The notes under the pieces were generated by a model. The model had not been told where the DNA came from. It was given only the letters and a program-made list of their open reading frames with translations, and did not search any database. A DNA stretch of 64,000 bases from assembly GCA_973895155.1 (NCBI GenBank), contig OZ316896.1:11546830-11610829 (forward strand). The letters run 5' to 3'. The DNA is from Marsupella aquatica (Eukaryota; Plantae; Marchantiophyta). The number at the start of each line of letters is the position of its first letter. Positions within the stretch are counted from its first letter, which is position 1. Positions 53,556 through 64,000 of this stretch are shown here, in pieces. A program made the position numbers and the translations under genes.

Positions 53556-55149
53556 GATTTCAAATGTACACACAAAATGCAAACAATATCTGTCCCCTAA
53601 CAAAAACGTAGATAAACAATCATTGAGAGATTTCATCATCCATTGCAGCAAGATTCTCTCATGATTAGGTGTACTGATAGCTCCCATGATCCATGTAATT
53701 GTCTCATGGATCTATAGTCTCGCTTCCCCTTTCTCACTCAATGCTTACTCCCTAATCTTCTTCTCAAGCTCTAATGTCTTTCTTAGTGCAAAGTTCTGTC
53801 CCCCATTTAAACATCCTCCCAAACCTCACACTCATTGAAAGTCTTGCCATACACTCAGAAGGTTAACTTTCAGGGCCTTGTTTAGTAAGGTTGCATCTTT
53901 TGGGGTACCCACTAAGTAAAGAGAAAGCGAACACTAAAATGGACCATCGTGTCTAACCTAAGGATTGCAATGGACTGAACACTTTTTGACACAAACAAAA
54001 TGGTCATCCGAGTAAAAACAAACTTTTGAAGATGACCCTTATGGTGTTCAGGTAGGGGTTCATCAAAGCATCTTAGGGAACAACATGATCTATGGGAGCT
54101 TTGTCCTTTTTAGAACCAAACCTGCTAAAAATTCCCTTGAGGGTATTTGGCCAAATACGAGACCTCTACTGTTTGCAACTACGACTACAACTACAGTGCC
54201 ATCCTGGTTATAGGATAGGAAATAATATATAATTCTATTTTTTGGGTACCTGATTGATAAAGTATCATAGTGCTTATGAGAAATTCAGAATGATTTCTCT
54301 ATGTAAATTCAAAAATGAGAATTTGAGTGTATCTTTGTGTAAACACTGACTTTAAAAACCTAAATCATCAGAATAATATTGGCATTGCATTATTTCTGGA
54401 AAGTAAAGCTAGAATGGACCACTCCGATGGACCCTTTAACCCTGCTGGAGCAGGTTTCTGTTTTACCAGAAAGGTATGAATTTCATTCTGAAAAAATAAA
54501 ATTTACGAGTATAAAAATGGTTTTCTGCATTCCAGCTTCGTTTTATAATAAAGTCAATGAGGGTTTCCGTTATTTCCTGAAATAAACCATAAGTATTAAT
54601 CTAACAGGTCCTGCGCGACCTGGGCGCAATAGGTACAGTCCGTGGACCGTAAACGTCTCAATTAAGGTACAGTAAAGTACTCTTGAGACTCGATTCAAAA
54701 TTTGTCTCCTTTCGGCCTCCCTATAGTCCCTATTCTCCTATAGGTACACCCGCTATTAATTATATGACAGGTTGAAAACAACGCACTCGACCAATCGGCG
54801 TACTGTACATGGACTCCAAGTTGCGTGCCATTTCATTGGGCGAGCCCAAATCCACACCCCCTCTAGGGATCCGTTAAAATGCCTGTAAACACTGGTGATC
54901 AATCCACATTCAGCAACTTCAGATACACCACGTGACCACCCTCCATACGGCCCAGAGTGGACAGACAATAGACTTGTCATCAGCCATCATTGACGTGTTG
55001 CCTACCCATTGCAGTATTGCACCAATGAACTTTGTCTTATGTGTCCCTCATCCTTGACTCTTATATATCCCTTGTTTCCTTTCGAGAAAAAAGAATATAT
55101 ATCCCTTGTGCCTTGAAGGAACAACAGGAAGCGATAGACAAAAATAGTG

Positions 55150-55470
55150 GGGTCTATTGTGGCATGTAAAATCAGTCCAGCCTATAGGTATATGTCACGT
55201 GATACATTACACTGTATGTTCGAGAAAAATAGTCGGGTTTATTGCGATAGTCCACCCTATTGGCATGTGTCACGTGATACATTACACTGTATGTTGGAGA
55301 AAAATGGTCGGGTTTATTGCGGCATGTAGAATCGGTCCAGCCTATATGTACATGTCGAATGATATATTACACTGTATGTTACTGCATGAAAAGAAGTGGG
55401 ATTTATTGTGGCATGTAAAAGCAGTCCAACCTATAGGTAAATGTCATGCGATACATTCCAACATATGTTA
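55150..55470. repeat. Four-copy ~75-88 bp tandem repeat
   Basis: Units of tattg.ggcatgtaaaa.cagtcca.cctat...atgtca.g.gatacattacactgtatgtt; two copies contain CACGTG. Confidence 0.85.
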
Positions 55471-55961
55471 GTGTTATGTTTTCAGGTGCATTTATCAGAA
55501 AGATACTCATCCTCCTCCTCGAGATCACTTACAGTAGGCTCTTTCTAAGTGCACACTCTGTTAATGCACTCCCTGGCTAATTGCAAAGGCAGTGGATGCC
55601 AATCATTTTGCATTTTCTAAAGTGAAAACCCTTATAAGTGTTACCTATTTTAGTGTTACCGTTACCTGCCCATGAATGAAATGCCTCTCATATCATCCCA
55701 CGTCATCCTCCCTGAAACAAAGGACAGTCGACGGGTCTTCGTAGATGCACACTCCAAAATTGCAATCCCTAGCTACTTGCAAAGCATCAGGTTCTTCCTG
55801 TTCTGTGCAGTCTTTAGATCCACTAACTGGAAAAACCCTAGGGTTGCCTACCCATTCCACATTCCAATCATGCAATCCCTGGATAATTGCACGGTCTCAT
55901 GTTCTTCCTTTCTTGTTCCCAACCATTTTGCTCTAGTTTTGCAGATTATAACAGTAGCAAG

Positions 55962-57434
55962 GAGGGATATGCTCAATAGACCCCCTCCAGTAGAAACTTT
56001 ACTTGATCAGCCCCCTCCAAACTTTTTTGCCCCAATCAGCCCCCTCATTATGGCCCGTACCCTTTTCCCCGTGTAAGGCCCTTTTCCCCGTGTAAGGCCA
56101 TACTGCACAGTTTTCAGCCTTATTCTATGACTTTTCACAGTCCCCATTCAACAATGCAGTAATCAGGCAAAAATCACAGCGACCGTGGTAAGGTCGATTA
56201 GCAACGGGACCTCGTAATTAGAAGTCAAAATCGGGCATTTGCACATCCACGCCGCCACGATCAACATTAGGGTTATGTTATGCTAATGCGAATACATTGA
56301 CATGAATGTATTCTATTTGTAAACTGATCTCCGCATTTTTTAATATCCTCCCATCCCGACTTTTGTCCATGCTCGATAACAATTACACTCAACATTCCAC
56401 AAGGCGCACAACGTGGACACCCTTCCCGTGTGGTACTAAGCCATTTTTGTGGTAGCTTCAGTGGTCTTCAGATGCAATCTAGCTTGAGGTAGCTTCAGAT
56501 ACAATGTAGCTTCATTGGAAGGCAAGGAGGCCCATGATACATCTAGACTGCAAGGTCACAACTCGACTTGCAACTTGTACTGGAAACATTTATGAATAAA
56601 AAGCAAGTTGCATTCACTATGTTCTGATGTATAAAAGTTATTCATTCTGCTGTCCGAGACTACCTTCAGTTTGCACCTTCAGTTTTGGAAGACATCGTCC
56701 ACATTGTCTTCACACCACACTTAGCAATTTTTCCAACGACAGGATATTCTGCTTCAAGAAGCCATTTGAGCAGGGGTAAATGGCCGATGTTGTGGGTTTT
56801 GGAAGACATCGTCCACATTGTCTTCGCACCACACTTAGCAATTTTTCCAACGACAGGATATTCTGCTTTGAGAAGCAATTTGAGCGGGGGTAAATGGCCA
56901 ACACTAGTGGTTTCACACAAGATGCACATGAGAACTGCAAAACAGTTTCAAAATATGTATAACATCTCTTAAACCCTAAACTATTGTGCGCCTCGTGGAA
57001 AGTTGAGTGTAGTTGTCATCGAGCATGGACACAAGCCGGGATGAGAGTATATTAAAAAATACGGGAATCAGTTTACAAATAGAATACACTCATGTCAATG
57101 TATTCGCATTAGCATAACATAACCCTAATGTTGATCGTGGCGGCATGGATGTTCAAATGCCCAATTTTGACTTCTAATTACGAGGTCCCGTTGCTAATCG
57201 ACCTTAGCACGGTCACTGTGATTTTTGCCTGATTACTGCGTTGTTGGATGGGGACTGTGAAAAGTCATAGAATAAGACTGAAAACTGTGCAGTATGGCCT
57301 TACACGGGGAAAAGGGCCTTACACGGGGGAAAAGGGTACGGGCCATAATGAGGGGGCTGATTGGGGCAAAAAAGTTTGGAGGGGGCTGATCAAGTAAAGT
57401 TTCTCCTGGAGGGGGTCTATTGAGCATATCCCTC
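55962..57434. mobile_element. Foldback/Mutator-like non-autonomous element, ~1.47 kb, ~450 bp TIRs, 10 bp TSD
   Basis: The left TIR (~55962-56411, gagggatatgctcaatagaccccctcca...) is the near-identical reverse complement of ~56984-57434. It is flanked by cagtagcaag at 55952-55961 and 57435-57444. The ~570 bp interior has no transposase. Confidence 0.92.
56683..56905. repeat. 114 bp in-frame tandem duplication inside the foldback element
   Basis: ttttggaagacatcgtccacattgtcttc.caccacacttagcaatttttccaacgacaggatattctgctt starts at 56683 and 56797. Confidence 0.9.
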
Positions 57435-60400
57435 CAGTAGCAAGAGGGATCCACTAGCAGTGAAACTCCCTCTAGAAGTGTTGCATACTCATTCCAGGAA
57501 CAAACTGCCTCGTATGTCATCCCTAATCCTTGTCCCCAAAACAAAGCACAGTCGCCCTTTAAAAGTGCACACTATGTTCGTGCAATCCCTGGCTAATTGC
57601 AAGGCATAGAGTTCTTTGCTTTTTTCAAAACAATTTTGAACTTCTTATAAGTGCAAGGAGGACCCAATCCCAGACAAGTATGTAAGTGCAAGACCTCATA
57701 TAAGTGTTTCCTACTTGTCTCACACATGCACTGCCTCCCATATCATCCCTGATCCTCCTCCCCAAAACAAAGTACAGTAAGCTCTTCCCAAGTGCACACT
57801 CTGTAAGCACAATAATTGGACGCATTGAGATCTTTCTTTCTTTCCAACCATTTTGCACTTCTTTGCCACCAAAGAGGGCTGCACTAAATCACAAATATGT
57901 AAGTACAAAACCCTCTATAACGGTGATAAGAGCATAAGTGCATACTTTTATGTTGAGTGAATGTTGCAATTATGAGATAGTTGTCAGGGTTTACCACAAG
58001 GATGTACAGTCAATGGTTTAGGGAAGGCACAAGAATCCTGTTTGAACATGCAATGACAACTTCTCAAAGTGATGGGGGACAAAGGGACGAGGGGGGCTGA
58101 TTCTGCAGTGTTACATACCTGTAATTGCAAAGTATGAAATTGTTTATGAAATAGTGCAAAAAACATAATAACTGCAAGACTCTAGCTTCTTCCCTCAAGT
58201 GTGCACTTAGGAAGAGTAAACTGAACATTAGAGTTTTCTATAAAAGCTGGGCATGAGGGGTGAGCAGCCTGTAGTTTTGCTTAAAAGCCAAGGTGAAACT
58301 CGCTTTGTTCTCAGGCAGTGCACATGGGGTTGATACTGGCGGTAAAAATTACTTTTTGTGCTGACTAGGTCACAATGGAACCTGCAATTTTGCCAAACCC
58401 ATGCATGGGAGGGCATTTTGCACAATTGTTGTGGTGGGCGCAGGGCATTTCATAGTGAATTTTTCAGATTTGTATTTTTTAGGGAAGACTTTAAATATAT
58501 AGTAAAGTCCTCTTAACATAGTACCCCCAAAAAGAGAGCGTCAGCTCAAGTTTTCACGTGCTATCATTGTCAATAATACTCTCATATCAGGACCTTAATA
58601 CTCCTAAGTCTACACTAGACATGTAAAAGGGAGAAGTGTCCAATAGTTCTCCCTTTTCCACATTGCATTCATTTTTCTTCTCTATTGCTGAGTTTTGCTC
58701 CACACTTTCCAGGAAAAGGGTGCTATTTATGGTGAAACCTGGTTTATCCATGTCTTGTCTGGGTAGTGATGGTTTAAAGGGTTTAACAGATTTTCATTTA
58801 TACTGATTTTAATAAAAGTGTAGGAGAATATCTATAATGAGTGGATTCAAATCATTCTTCTCCAAGAATACCCTCAAAGCTACAAAGAGAAAAATCACAA
58901 GTAAGTGCTTTCCTGGAAAATATTAGAAAATGAGTATATTAACTCCAGTTTTGAGAGGCTATTATTGGCCATATCACCCTCCTAACAGAGCACTAATACA
59001 CTTGATTAAATCTTAAGAGATTCTTACTAGTTTTAGAAAAAATAGTGGATAGATTGTTCATCATTACTAGATTCGAATGTGGATAAATTTAATCATTCCT
59101 AGATCCAAATCTGGACTCTGCATTTTGGCCCGGAGTTTACGGGAAATTCACTTTCGCCCCTAGTTTCCGGAAATTTCTATTGCCCCCGGGCCAACAGAGG
59201 AAACTAGGAAAGATAGAAAGAAAAAAGTCCTGCAGGAGCGACAATCCACTTCCTGCCCGCGGGCCAACCAGCCAAAGAGACCGGGGGGTTCGCTGGCGTG
59301 TGTAACGACATGACATGACCGTGCCGTTCGCACGCATCATGCACCACTGATGTATGTGTTATTGAGATGGCATGTGGGAGGGGTGATGGCATGTGGTGCT
59401 CGACGGCAAGGACGAATCAGATTGCATGCTTCTGACCCTCTGTCTCAGTCCCCCACCTCTTCTTTGGGTGGCGCCCGGTCGCTTTGCGCCAGCTGGAACG
59501 GGTAGCCTCCGCTTTGGTCTTGAACTCTTGCCCGCGGGCAGCCGGTGGGTGCCCAAGACCTCGTCACAGAAGAAAGATCGTCGGACCGACGGATGCACGC
59601 GAGAAGTACAGTGGAGGTAAGAATTCGTCCTCCGGGTAAACGGGATGTGCGCGTCGTCGGCATGGCACACAACACCTACCATGGATGGCATGTTCGTGGC
59701 TGTCCAGTCAAAAAAAAGAGGAGTGCCCGCCCGAGCCGACAGCTTCCGTTGTAAATGAGGGGAATTGCACGGTACGTTTGGACATCACTGCTTGTACATA
59801 TATGATGATATCGCACTCATTGTGTGCTCATCACTCATTGTGTCCCTCAATTGATTAATAAGAAAGGGAGGCCCCTGGACTTGCATTTATTGCATCATGT
59901 GGGACCCACGTCGGACCCCCCTATGGCCCTATCTCTTCCCCGGCTGCCCTGCTTGTGTTAATTTCAGTTGTATTTCCGATGAATTGTTTTTAATTGTGCC
60001 TTTGAAGGCTTGAAAAAATTCCAAGGGTACAGTACAAGTAACCAAGTCCAAATTGAATTGAATTGATAATAATTATGAAACATGGCTGTAAGTTGATGTC
60101 TTCTATGATACTTGCCGTAGTAGAGTTATTTGTGTGATTACTTGATAGGATCCCTAAATGATCCAGACAGTTTGTAGATCTTAATTTAAAGCACACAAAA
60201 TCTCATAAGGTTGTTGGGGAGAAAAGTTTGTTTTGGGGGTCTATCAAACAAACACGCACAACTTTGACCCAGAACTTCTTAGAAACTTCTGGAAGTGTAC
60301 TAGTAGTGTCCAAGCAACCCTCTTTGCATGTTTTCAAACCCAATGGCCCCTTTGTTACTGTAACTCTGAGCCGTGCATCGTAACTCATGATCTGACTTTG

Positions 60401-62504
60401 GTTAATTAACCAGGGTCAAATTTTGGAAAGCAATCAAAACTTTTTAAGCACGGATTGCAGTCCGCCTAAGCTTTCGCTAAACTTTTGTGCAATTTTGATT
60501 GAATGAAATTTTGAGTGCCCCTTTCCCTTGTGCATTCTTTGACACAAAGATGCATGAGTCATCTAAAGTTGAGGTTGTTTACAGATAGGTTAATTGTCTC
60601 GAGCCTCACTATCTTTGCAACTTCTTCCAGAGTCCTCTCAAAGCATGATTTTAAACAGCAGTTGAACAACTGCAGACGTGCAATCTTTTGGAATGACCCT
60701 AGCAAAGAGTATTTGCTGGAGTTCATTCATCATTTCCTTCAGCCCCACAAATGTCTTTCTTCTTGAGATTGATTGAGGTCATTCCAGACCTTCATACTTC
60801 AAAGTTTGATACTCAAGGGCTTAGCCAAAAACTTTCAACAATGGCTCTTAGGTGGTTATAGAGAGATGAGGAGAAAACATTGAAATTGTTTGCGTCAATG
60901 ACATTGCAAGTCCTTCAAGGAATAGCAGAGAGATTCAGAAAATTGTAATTTTCTCAGTACTTGACAAAATCTGTCAATGTTAGGCTCATTGGAAAGATTT
61001 ATCAAAAACTTCTATTCTAGTCATGAAAGGTTTTATCAAGAGACAAGGAAAGATTTTAATAATATCATTTTTTTCCTGACTACATAGTTAGACTTTCAAT
61101 GCAGGGCAGAGCCATTCAGGCATTTGTGAGCTCTTTCACAATGGACAAAAGCTGACAATGTTAAGCTCATTGGAAAGCCCTTTCAAAAAGAATTCTAAGC
61201 ATTCTTAACAAGGTTGCATCTAGAGATAAAGGGAACTACTGAAAGCAGGTTTGGGGTCACCCAAGCTTAAACTCCATAAAGTTAGAAGGGATTTGGAATT
61301 AGGGGGACGTGCTATGTGTCTAGAACAGTGGTGGTTTAAAGATGTGTAGTATCTTGCCTAGGGTCCAAATCAGACAAAGCAACCTCACTGTTTTGCAAGC
61401 TAGAGCAACTACAAGTAGCGCCATCCAGAGTGATACTCATGCTAAGACAAATTTTGGGAGGCCTGCTACAAAAACCATAGGAATCACATGTGGTCCTAAA
61501 TATTTTTGTAATATTTTGACTAAAGTTGTGTCAAGTATCGGAAATCAAATGAGGTATTTACAACTCAAATATATGAAAGAATCTTTACTTTATACATTTC
61601 ATAAAGTCAAATATGTTGTTTCAAGTATATATATCACAGTGCCCAAGGGCAAAAAAGGCCAAACCCAAAGACATAATCCCAAAGGCAAAGCAACCCAAAG
61701 AAGGGGAGGGAAAGAGGGGAAAGGGCCCCAAACTCAAACTATGGATTTATACAGAACATTCTCTTTTTAAACTAGGAGTATGTTAGTTGCAGCAAGGCCG
61801 GGTGGATAGGGACCCTCTTTTATTAATACTTTAACTTTTTGTCTCATTTCTGTCAACCAAGGGCAATGGTTAGAGTTTAGACTTTGGTGGTCTTGACCCC
61901 AAGTTTTAAAATTACAAGTGCTCCTTTTGAGTCTACGCTTGTAAAGGGGGAACTGAGTACATGCTTTCTCAAAGGCAACTAACTCTTCTTCATAATTGAA
62001 ATCTGCTTATTTGAGCGTATTGATTTTGATTGACACAAGTTTTCATTTTGAATCAAATGGGGTGTTTAGGTCCTTATCACTTTATCTAAGCTCAAAATCA
62101 CTTTGACACGACTTAAGGTATTTTTGTAACAATCTAGCAAGATAAGACTTTGTTGTATGTACTAGGAAGCTGGAGAGTACTCAACTTAAGTGATGGTCCA
62201 ATCTCTAGAAAGTGTCAGCAGATAAATGGTGAAATTCTTGAGGCCAGCGTCTTGGTGTTTGCTTTCTCTGCCCCTGCTGGTTTTCACTAAGATAGAGTTG
62301 AATAATTTTAAGACACTGTTCCTTCACTTAAGAATAATTTTTTAAATGATCAATCATCCTGATACAAACTCTACTCTAACACATGTTCAGATTTGGAATC
62401 AATGTGCATGTTGTTGTTGTTTCATCCAATAAGACTACCAATTAGTTATGTTTTAACCATAGGAACAGTGTTAAAATACCCTAATAGAGCATCTCAAAGC
62501 TGAC

Positions 62505-63000
62505 AATATATTTGATGGACCTTAACTCCCTAGTTATGGGTTACATACACACAAAGTTATGGATTACAAAATTCCTAGTCCATAAACTTTTGTGATAAGA
62601 ATTGGTTGTATGACATTACTGTCAGTCACTGTAAGCTAGCAAAAGAAAAAAAAGAAAAAATTTAGAATGTTGTGAAAAAGTCGTGACTGTTCCTTTACGG
62701 CCCAATGTCATCATCCCTAATTTTGAAGCTTTGAGACATCCTTAGAGGGGGTCCCAAACTTTAAAATTTGATGGACCTTAACTTGGTACTTAAAAGATAG
62801 GGACAGGAAAACCTTATGGACTACCAAATTCATGTTCCATTACTTTTTGCCATTAATATTGATGAATTGCCATGACCATAAGTCCCTGTAGATGCTAGTG
62901 AAAAAACACAAAACAAGAAGCTGTTACACAACAGTTTGAATAAGCTATGGCCGTTTGTTTATGGGCAAAGTCATCATCCCCAACTGTGAAGCTATGAGAC
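62505..63000. repeat. ~260 bp-period diverged duplication
   Basis: tttgatggaccttaact occurs at ~62511 and ~62767; gtcatcatccc.aa.t.tgaagct.tgagac occurs at ~62707 and ~62970. Confidence 0.65.
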
Positions 63001-64000
63001 GGCCTACTCAACTCAGGCAAAACTCCCAAAGTGCAGAAGACTGTCAGCTTTCGAGAGGTTTACTAATTGCCCCTCATGCTACAAGCCATAGATATCAAGT
63101 CAAGGATCATATATATCCTTCCATTGCATAAATACTTCAACTCTCCTTGACTTCACTTTTGCACAGAGTTCCAGCAATTTGTAGACTGTCTGATTTGAAC
63201 AGTTGGGTGGACCTTTAGCTCAAAACAACACTACAGTGGTGTGTCTTAAATACAAAAAACATCGACAGATGATGGTGTTTTGATTTGTTTATTTATTTTC
63301 TTACCAAAGTGTAATCCAACGGGGGCATAAATGTTATGATGAATAAAACAAATTCTAGAATGATGCACGTGTCACATGACGTTGTGGATCTGGGCAAAAC
63401 TTGAGCATGCCTTTTATAAGTATGAAATGATTCTCATGTGCCCCAATTTGACCAAGAAAGACAAGGTATTTCAAATTGTTGTTCTGCCAACTTGGGTGTG
63501 GGACAATCCTTGTTCACAGTCCACAGCCACATTAATTGGACCCTATTGCCATGAAGGATCTGTTCTTAGTCTTTGATTCTGCAATTAGCTATTTTTGGTA
63601 AAAATGAAAGGAGTATGATGCTGGTATCTAAGGTTCCTATTTTTCTGAGATTAGATCGAGACTGTTCAACGAGTGGAAATCACTGCAATTGGCTTTACAA
63701 AAATTGGGGCCCCCATTCGGGTATGGTGTCTACCAGTTCTGCCTGACAAGAAGTGAGCTTATGGAAATGCTTATGTGGAGAGCTTTGTTTGTCTAGAATT
63801 TTGACCACTTTCATAGGTGATCCAAACATTTCTTATCTTTGGCCCCTTCATCCCAGGGATTTGTATTTATTGAATTTTCCTTTCAAAAGATGTCTATTTT
63901 CAGAACATGAAGTGGCACTCCAGTCTGCTTTGGTAGAAGAGAAGTCACAAGACAGTGTCCTGAGGTCTTATATAGCCACCCAGTTAATAAGAAGACAGAA

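Noticed and set aside
48228-55470. Tandem arrays as possible CRISPR loci
   Set aside because: Spacers are homologous to each other, units are long and variable, there are no cas genes, and the context is eukaryotic.
57726-57737. 12 nt match to the 5' part of miR408 (atgcactgcctc)
   Set aside because: The match ends after 12 nt, no hairpin is evident, and it lies inside a degenerate repeat.

Overview
Eukaryotic land-plant nuclear DNA, most likely a bryophyte such as a liverwort (inferred from protein divergence and gene architecture). Four spliced protein-coding genes can be reconstructed by hand: a GT31 beta-1,3-galactosyltransferase (minus strand, 3' end unresolved), a GT47 IRX7/FRA8/F8H-like glycosyltransferase (minus, 2 exons), TFIIH subunit TFB4/GTF2H3 (minus, 12 coding exons) and a SUO-like BAH/TFIIS-N/EAR-motif protein (plus, ~1660 aa). 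The TFB4 gene is invisible in the ORF track and contains a U12-type intron. Intergenic regions (6-9 kb, 12.5-14 kb, 23-34 kb, 44.5-64 kb) contain a decayed CRE-like RLE non-LTR retrotransposon, two non-autonomous Mutator/foldback-type elements with clear TIRs and TSDs, a MITE-like hairpin and many degenerate tandem duplications. I found no CRISPR array, rRNA or convincing tRNA, and no well-supported wholly new biological system. The best leads are the minor intron, the long-TIR element carrying a duplicated ankyrin-like cargo, and the unusual UTR and terminal-exon structures.
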